From a bacterium (GTDB lineage Bacteria; SAR324; XYD2-FULL-50-16; G965216635): 64,000 nucleotides of DNA. This document shows positions 58,252-64,000 of this stretch, piece by piece. Within the stretch, counting starts at the first letter, position 1. Every line of letters starts with the position of its first letter. The DNA is taken from NCBI GenBank assembly GCA_965216635.1, contig OZ244188.1:2112001-2176000 (forward strand). Reading direction: 5' to 3'. The notes under the pieces are model-generated. The model was not told the DNA's origin. It made no database searches and saw only the letters and a program-made list of their open reading frames with translations. A program made the position numbers and the translations under genes.

Positions 58252-60048
58252 ATGAAAAAAATAAAATTTATGGATACCTCATTTAGAGACGGTTTCCAAT
58301 CCTGTTATGGGGCTAGAGTTTTGACAAAAGATTTTCTACCTGCATTAGAAGCCAGTGTAGAAGCGGGTATTCATCATTTTGAAGCAGGAGGCGGAGCAAG
58401 GTTTCAGAGTCTTTTTTTCTATTGCAACGAATCCGCTTTTGATATGATGGATTCTTTTCGTATCAAAGCAGGAGAAGACGCAAACCTACAAACTTTAGCT
58501 AGAGGTATCAATGTTGTAGCTTTATCACAACAACCCAAAGATATTATTGAGCTGCACGCTAAGATGTTTAAAAAGCACGGTATGACGACTATCCGCAATT
58601 TTGACGCTTTAAACGATATAGAAAATTTGAGATTTTCGGGTGAAGTGATTACAAAACACGGCTTGCACCATCAAATTGTGATTACGCTAATGGATTTGCC
58701 GCCAAACTGTGCAGGAGATATACATACTGCTGGTTATTATCTTAAAAAATTAAAAGAAATTTTGAAATCGGATATTCCTTTTGATTCTATTTGTTTTAAA
58801 GATGCAAGTGGGACTGCTAATCAAAGGAAAGTTTTTGAAACTTTAAAAGAAGCTAGAAAAATAGTGCCTCAAGATATGGTAATTTGGTTCCATACTCACG
58901 ATACCGCAAGCAACGCCATCGCTCAAAATTTAGCGGCTATCGCAGGCGGAGCAGATGGAATTGATCTCTCCAAAAGCCCTTGCAGTGGGGGAACTTGCCA
59001 AGCCGATATAATTTGTATGTGGCACGCTCTTAAAGGCACTGGGTTTAGTTTAGAGCTAGACCCTGATAAAATTTTGACTGCGATAGAAGTTTTTGAAGAC
59101 TGCATGAAGGATTATTTTTTGCCTCCCGAAGCTACAAAAATTTCTTATAAAATTCCTTTTTCTCCCATGCCTGGGGGAGCTTTGACTGCCAACACTATGA
59201 TGATGAGAGATACTGATACTCTGCATCTTTACAACGCAGTAATCAAAGAAATGGCAGATGTAATTCGTAAAGGAGGGTATGGCACTTCTGTGACTCCCGT
59301 CTCTCAATTTTATTTTCAACAGGCTTACGCCAATGTAACGCAAGGAAAATGGAAAAATATAACTTCTGGTTATGGCAATATGGTTTTGGGTTACTTTGGT
59401 AAAACTCCGACTAACCCCGACCCTGAAGTAGTAAAAATAGCCGCCAAAAAATTAAACAAACCGCCTTTTATAGGAGATCCTTTAGCTGGTTTAGAAGACG
59501 GAATTCCTAAAGCTAAGAAAATTTTGGAAGAAAATAATTTAGACACAACAGAAGAAAATATTTTTATTATTGCTAGTTGTGAAGAAAAAGGGTTGCAATT
59601 TCTTTTAGGCAACGCTGTGGCAAATATTCGTAAAATATCTGAGCTGCCTGCAACTTCAACCGCTTCTGCTCCTGTTGGGGCGAGTACAGGATCGCAAAGC
59701 TACCAAGTGAAAGTAGACGGAGTTTCTTATAATGTAGAAGTTGCGGAAGGAGGTGCTACAACAAAAATAGAACCAAACCTTCAAAAATCACAAGAAAAAT
59801 CAAATGGCAGCAATTCTGCTGGAGGCGGAGAAATTGGCGAAGAAATTAAAGCCTTTGCTCCCGGTAATATTTTGAAAATTATGGTGGAAGCGGGACAAGA
59901 AGTCAAAAAGGGAGATACTCTTTTGATTATAGAGGCTATGAAAATGGAAAGCCCTGTTGTCTCTCCTTGTAGCGGAAAAATTGGAGAGATTGCCATTTCT
60001 GCTGGTGCTACAGTGCAGACTGGAGACTTACTCTTGACTATAGAATAG
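58252..60048 (+). CDS. oadA: Oxaloacetate decarboxylase alpha / pyruvate carboxylase B subunit
   Basis: DTSFRDGFQS, FKDASG, HTHDT, PGG, VTPVSQ and the C-terminal EAMKME biotin site. Confidence 0.88.
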   Translation: MKKIKFMDTSFRDGFQSCYGARVLTKDFLPALEASVEAGIHHFEAGGGARFQSLFFYCNESAFDMMDSFRIKAGEDANLQTLARGINVVALSQQPKDIIELHAKMFKKHGMTTIRNFDALNDIENLRFSGEVITKHGLHHQIVITLMDLPPNCAGDIHTAGYYLKKLKEILKSDIPFDSICFKDASGTANQRKVFETLKEARKIVPQDMVIWFHTHDTASNAIAQNLAAIAGGADGIDLSKSPCSGGTCQADIICMWHALKGTGFSLELDPDKILTAIEVFEDCMKDYFLPPEATKISYKIPFSPMPGGALTANTMMMRDTDTLHLYNAVIKEMADVIRKGGYGTSVTPVSQFYFQQAYANVTQGKWKNITSGYGNMVLGYFGKTPTNPDPEVVKIAAKKLNKPPFIGDPLAGLEDGIPKAKKILEENNLDTTEENIFIIASCEEKGLQFLLGNAVANIRKISELPATSTASAPVGASTGSQSYQVKVDGVSYNVEVAEGGATTKIEPNLQKSQEKSNGSNSAGGGEIGEEIKAFAPGNILKIMVEAGQEVKKGDTLLIIEAMKMESPVVSPCSGKIGEIAISAGATVQTGDLLLTIE

Positions 60049-60122
60049 ATCTCGCTTTTGTTTGTTGGATTATTATCAATAATAAAATTGTTTATTTTAA
60101 TTTTCAAACTGATCAAAAAACT

Positions 60123-60251
60123 ATGACACTATCAATTATAATTGCTTCATTTCTTGTTTTTGGGTTTTTTATACCCGTGATTTATTTTTCTATTTTTGAA
60201 GGCTTGCCTGTTAGTGAAAATAAGAAAAAAAAGACAAGAAAAAAAGTTTAA
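60123..60251 (+). CDS. Possible 42-aa single-TM small protein
   Basis: MTLSIIIASFLVFGFFIPVIYFSIFEGLPVSENKKKKTRKKV* (manual translation). Confidence 0.3.
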   Translation: MTLSIIIASFLVFGFFIPVIYFSIFEGLPVSENKKKKTRKKV

Positions 60252-60293
60252 TATTATCCGTGAAGTTTTTTGAATTTTTGGACTAAACTTTAT

Positions 60294-61268
60294 CTAACTC
60301 AAAAAATCTTTTTTGATCTTTTCAACCAAAACTTCATCCACCTTCACTCCTTCTTTTTGGGAGCGCTCACGGTTCGCAAACCGCCTGCTACCGGGAATAC
60401 GATCACCTAATTGTTCTAGTAGTAAATCTATTTGACTATGAAATGTTTGGTGTTGGGGAGCAATAGCGATAAAACACTGTCCAGTTTTTGGAGGACCTCC
60501 CGCCTCTCCACTGAAAGGAGCTGCGTGAATACCGAGCTGAGCATTAGACAAGGCTGCTGCCATAATTTCTACTAGTAACCCTATAGAAAATCCTTTATAT
60601 CCCCCAAAAGCCACCATTGTTCCAGCTAAACCTTTGTTAGCATCGGTGGTGGTGTTCCCATCGGCATCTAACACCCAACCTTCTGGAACTGGTTTGTTTT
60701 CTTTCGCATAAACCATTACTTCGGATTTTGCAATCACACTAGCGCTTTGGTCTATTAGCAAACGGGGGTGATTCTTTCCCGAAACTGCTAAAGAAAAAGG
60801 GTTCGTTCCAATGGCAGGTTTTGTTTTGCCAATAGGAGCAATAGAGGCGGGGGCGTTTGTAAAACCCAAACCTATCATTTTTGATGGCTGACTAATCATT
60901 TCAGTGTGATAGCCTAAAACACCACAATTGTAAGAATTATTGACTGTCATATAAGCAATTCCCATTTTCTGTGCGAGAGGTAATAATTCCCCGATGCCCA
61001 TTTTGATAGCAGGGTGTGCAAATCCTGTCTTGGCATCTACTTGCACTACAGAAGGCGCTGGAATGCTAACTTCTGGTTTTGCTTTGCCGTCCACTTTGCC
61101 GCATTTTAAATGCAAACAATAGGTTGGAATATAACGCAGTCCGTGGCTAGGAATACCATCAGCTTCAGATGCGGTTACCGCATCCGCCAAAGGCTCTGCA
61201 TTTTCTGGTAAAGCTCCCGCAGAAATTAAAGATTCAAGAGCTAGTTGTTTTATTTGTTTTAGTTGCAT
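60294..61268 (-). CDS. Ldh_2-family oxidoreductase (sulfolactate dehydrogenase ComC-like)
   Basis: GIPSHGL, GTNPF, FGGYKGFSIGLLVEIM and RIPG. Confidence 0.88.
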   Translation of the reverse strand: MQLKQIKQLALESLISAGALPENAEPLADAVTASEADGIPSHGLRYIPTYCLHLKCGKVDGKAKPEVSIPAPSVVQVDAKTGFAHPAIKMGIGELLPLAQKMGIAYMTVNNSYNCGVLGYHTEMISQPSKMIGLGFTNAPASIAPIGKTKPAIGTNPFSLAVSGKNHPRLLIDQSASVIAKSEVMVYAKENKPVPEGWVLDADGNTTTDANKGLAGTMVAFGGYKGFSIGLLVEIMAAALSNAQLGIHAAPFSGEAGGPPKTGQCFIAIAPQHQTFHSQIDLLLEQLGDRIPGSRRFANRERSQKEGVKVDEVLVEKIKKDFLS

Positions 61269-61393
61269 AAATTTTTATTTTTTTTATAAGTTATACTAAA
61301 AATTTCATAGTCCCACAAAATACTTGTTTTTTAAATAGATTTTTGGTATTTTTTTTATAAAAAATAAAACTATTCTTAAAAAGAATTTTCAAT

Positions 61394-62935
61394 ATGTTCA
61401 AAAAAATATTCCTTTTCACTATTGCTGTTTTTTGTTTATTTTGGACAAGCAGTGTTTCGCAAGCAACAAACAGGCAAACAGTAAATCAAGCGGAAAGTAG
61501 CAGAGAAATAAAAATACAGAGTGATCTAGCAGGCAAAATCAAAAAAGTTTATGTTAAAAAAGGACAGCAAATTTTTAGTGGAGATAAGCTTTTAAGTATA
61601 ATTGCCGAAAAAAAGTTAATTTATATTCGTTCTGGAGTCTCTGGAAAGGTGCTTTCTGTTTCTGTTGAACCTTACCAAAAAATCCAACCTCTTGAAGTTT
61701 TAGCAATTATCCAATCCCAAGCCGTAATCATAGAAAAAGCGGAAGTTTCTCAAGATTCCGAACTTCCTTCTTTACCCCAAATGCTAGTTTCTTTGTTAAG
61801 GTCTACTGGAATTTATAGCCTAATAGCCTCTAATAAGCATTCCGTCAGCGAAGGATTAGGTAGGTTCGCTATGATTTTAGTCGGTCTACTTATTCTTTTT
61901 TTGGGAATTAAGAAAAATTTTGAACCACTTTTGTTAGTGCCTATAGGTTTTGGTTGTATATTAGCTAATATTCCGTTAGCAGGCATCGCAGAAGAAGGAG
62001 GACTTTTAAACTATGTTTTTACAGTCGGTATTGATACAGGTATATTTCCACTAATTATTTTTATGGGAGTGGGGGCTTTGACTGATTTTGGACCTATGAT
62101 AGCCAACCCAAAAACTGCTCTACTTGGAGCAGCAGCCCAAGTAGGTATTTTTATAACTCTACTCGGAGCCTTATGGCTCAATGTTGTACCGGGCATTCAT
62201 TTTACTTTAAAAGACGCAGCTTCCATTGGCATCATTGGAGGGGCAGACGGTCCTACAGCAATTTTTCTCTCTAGCCAACTTTCTCCGCACCTACTGGGAT
62301 CTATCGCTGTGGCAGCTTATTCCTATATGGCACTAGTGCCTTTAATCCAGCCTCCCATTATGAAATTATTCACCACAGAAAAAGAGCGAAAAATCCAAAT
62401 GAAACAATTAAGATATGTCTCCAAAAGAGAAAAAATTTTCTTTCCTTTGATTGTATTGGTGATTTGTATTTTACTACTTCCATCCGCCGCCCCTTTAATC
62501 GGAATGCTGATGTTCGGCAATCTGTTACGAGAATGCGGTGTTGTAGAAAGACTTTCCGATACTACTCAGAACGCGCTCATCAATATAGTAACCATTTTTC
62601 TAGGGCTAGGAGTTGGCAGTAAATTATCTGCAGAGAAATTTTTGAACCTGCAAACTTTAGGAATTTTATTGCTCGGTTTAATTGCTTTTTGCATCGGAAC
62701 TATGGCTGGAATTTTGATGGCAAAAGCAATGAGTTATTTTTCTAAAGAGCCCATCAATCCGCTTATAGGAGCAGCTGGAGTATCCGCTGTGCCTATGGCA
62801 GCGAGAGTCGCCAACAAAGTAGGATTGGAAAACAACAACCAAAATTTTCTACTAATGCACGCTATGGGACCCAATGTTTCTGGAGTGATTGGCTCTGCTG
62901 TCGCTGCTGGAGTACTCCTCGCTACACTTGGTTAA
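61394..62935 (+). CDS. oadB: Na+-translocating decarboxylase beta subunit with N-terminal signal peptide and biotinyl/lipoyl-like domain
   Basis: [35 protein letters not shown] and [13 protein letters not shown]. Confidence 0.92.
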   Translation: MFKKIFLFTIAVFCLFWTSSVSQATNRQTVNQAESSREIKIQSDLAGKIKKVYVKKGQQIFSGDKLLSIIAEKKLIYIRSGVSGKVLSVSVEPYQKIQPLEVLAIIQSQAVIIEKAEVSQDSELPSLPQMLVSLLRSTGIYSLIASNKHSVSEGLGRFAMILVGLLILFLGIKKNFEPLLLVPIGFGCILANIPLAGIAEEGGLLNYVFTVGIDTGIFPLIIFMGVGALTDFGPMIANPKTALLGAAAQVGIFITLLGALWLNVVPGIHFTLKDAASIGIIGGADGPTAIFLSSQLSPHLLGSIAVAAYSYMALVPLIQPPIMKLFTTEKERKIQMKQLRYVSKREKIFFPLIVLVICILLLPSAAPLIGMLMFGNLLRECGVVERLSDTTQNALINIVTIFLGLGVGSKLSAEKFLNLQTLGILLLGLIAFCIGTMAGILMAKAMSYFSKEPINPLIGAAGVSAVPMAARVANKVGLENNNQNFLLMHAMGPNVSGVIGSAVAAGVLLATLG

Positions 62936-62975
62936 AACCAAAACCACCCAATAATCCTACAGGTGTAAAAAAAAA

Positions 62976-64000
62976 ATGCTACAAAAAACCTTAAAAAATC
63001 GCACAATATTTTGTAAAGATAATATAGAAATATTGGAAGGCATCAATAGTAATTCTATTGACTTAATCTACCTAGACCCACCTTTTAACAAAAATAAAGT
63101 TTTTACTGCCCCCATAGGAAGTAGCGCCGAAGGAGCTTCTTTTAAGGATATTTTTAGAGAAGAAGATCTAAAAGAAGAATGGATTCAAACTATCAAAGAA
63201 GATAACGCTGAACTTTTTAACCTTTTGCACGGGGTTAAACTTATGGGCAACCGTTATAATTTTTGTTACCTCTGTTATATGGCGATTCGTTTGACCGACT
63301 TGCGAAGAATTTTAAAACCTACAGGTAGTCTGTATTTGCATTGCGATTCTACAATGTCGCATTATCTTAAAATAGTTTTGGATTGTATTTTTGGAGAAGA
63401 AAATTTCAGGAATGAAATCGTTTGGAAAAGAACTACTTCCGCTGCAAAAGGAAGTCAATTCGCAGCAAAATCTTGGGGGACAAATACAGATATAATTTTT
63501 TACTATACCAAGACAGATGATTTTGAATTAGCACCTTTAGAGAAAATAGACCTTCAAAAAAACACAAAAGAAATAGAAAACTTATTTCCTAAAATAGATA
63601 GCAAAGGAAAAAGATATACTTATCGCTCTTTGTATCGTGGTAAAAGTATGGGAGCTAGACCTAATTTATGCTACAAATGGAGAGGGTTTAAAAATTTAGA
63701 TTCATCGGGTTGGCGGTTGAGTAAAGAACGGATGGAAGAAGAATACAAAAAGGGCAATATTGTAATCGGCAACGGAAAAATTGAACGTAGACAGTATTTA
63801 AAAGATTACAAAGGCATCCCCTTAGGTAATCTGTGGAGTGATATAGCCAATGTAAGAGGAAGGGAAAGCACAGGCTACCCAACACAGAAACCGTTAACTT
63901 TAATGCATAGAATTATAGTAGCGAGCAGCAAAGAAGGAGATGTAGTTTTAGATCCATTTTGTGGCTGTGCTACTACCTGCGTTGCCAGTGAAATGTTAAA
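62976..64000 (+). CDS. Site-specific DNA methyltransferase (N6/N4, beta class), truncated by the window end
   Basis: Manual translation: MLQKTLKNRTIFCKDNIEILEGINSNSIDLIYLDPPFN...GSLYLHCD...YPTQKP...VLDPFCGCATT. Confidence 0.9.
   Translation, partial: MLQKTLKNRTIFCKDNIEILEGINSNSIDLIYLDPPFNKNKVFTAPIGSSAEGASFKDIFREEDLKEEWIQTIKEDNAELFNLLHGVKLMGNRYNFCYLCYMAIRLTDLRRILKPTGSLYLHCDSTMSHYLKIVLDCIFGEENFRNEIVWKRTTSAAKGSQFAAKSWGTNTDIIFYYTKTDDFELAPLEKIDLQKNTKEIENLFPKIDSKGKRYTYRSLYRGKSMGARPNLCYKWRGFKNLDSSGWRLSKERMEEEYKKGNIVIGNGKIERRQYLKDYKGIPLGNLWSDIANVRGRESTGYPTQKPLTLMHRIIVASSKEGDVVLDPFCGCATTCVASEML

Overview
A 64-kb, AT-rich bacterial chromosome segment. The gene content (OadA/OadB, Deltaproteobacteria-type pilin, LptB, BHMT-like methyltransferase, Stf0-like sulfotransferase) fits a diderm, possibly host-associated marine bacterium, which is inference only. 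The housekeeping backbone includes rpsA, hemA, fdx, metXW, metY, holB, dgkA, manC, tatC, a reductive pyrimidine catabolism cluster with ABC transporter, cvpA, topA, lptB, asd, a U32-family protein, oadA/oadB and a partial DNA methyltransferase. No rRNA, tRNA, CRISPR array, transposase or integrase was seen. Most notable: (1) an unannotated 39-aa Met/Cys-rich leader peptide with promoter, antiterminator and terminator upstream of metY, i.e. a candidate methionine-sensing ribosome-mediated attenuator; (2) a tandem array of four mosaic 8-stranded beta-barrel OMP paralogues, plus a fifth elsewhere, with two hypervariable inserts and 0-3 tandem promoter copies each, next to four Bdr/DUF1640-like coiled-coil paralogues; (3) ribosomal protein S1 with a 23-unit, ~620-aa disordered repeat tail; (4) two solo Panacea/SocA antitoxin genes, each followed by a decayed copy of the 3' end of the preceding essential gene (holB, topA); (5) a pervasive modular ERIC/RPE-like palindromic repeat family with covarying hairpins. 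All alignments were done by eye.
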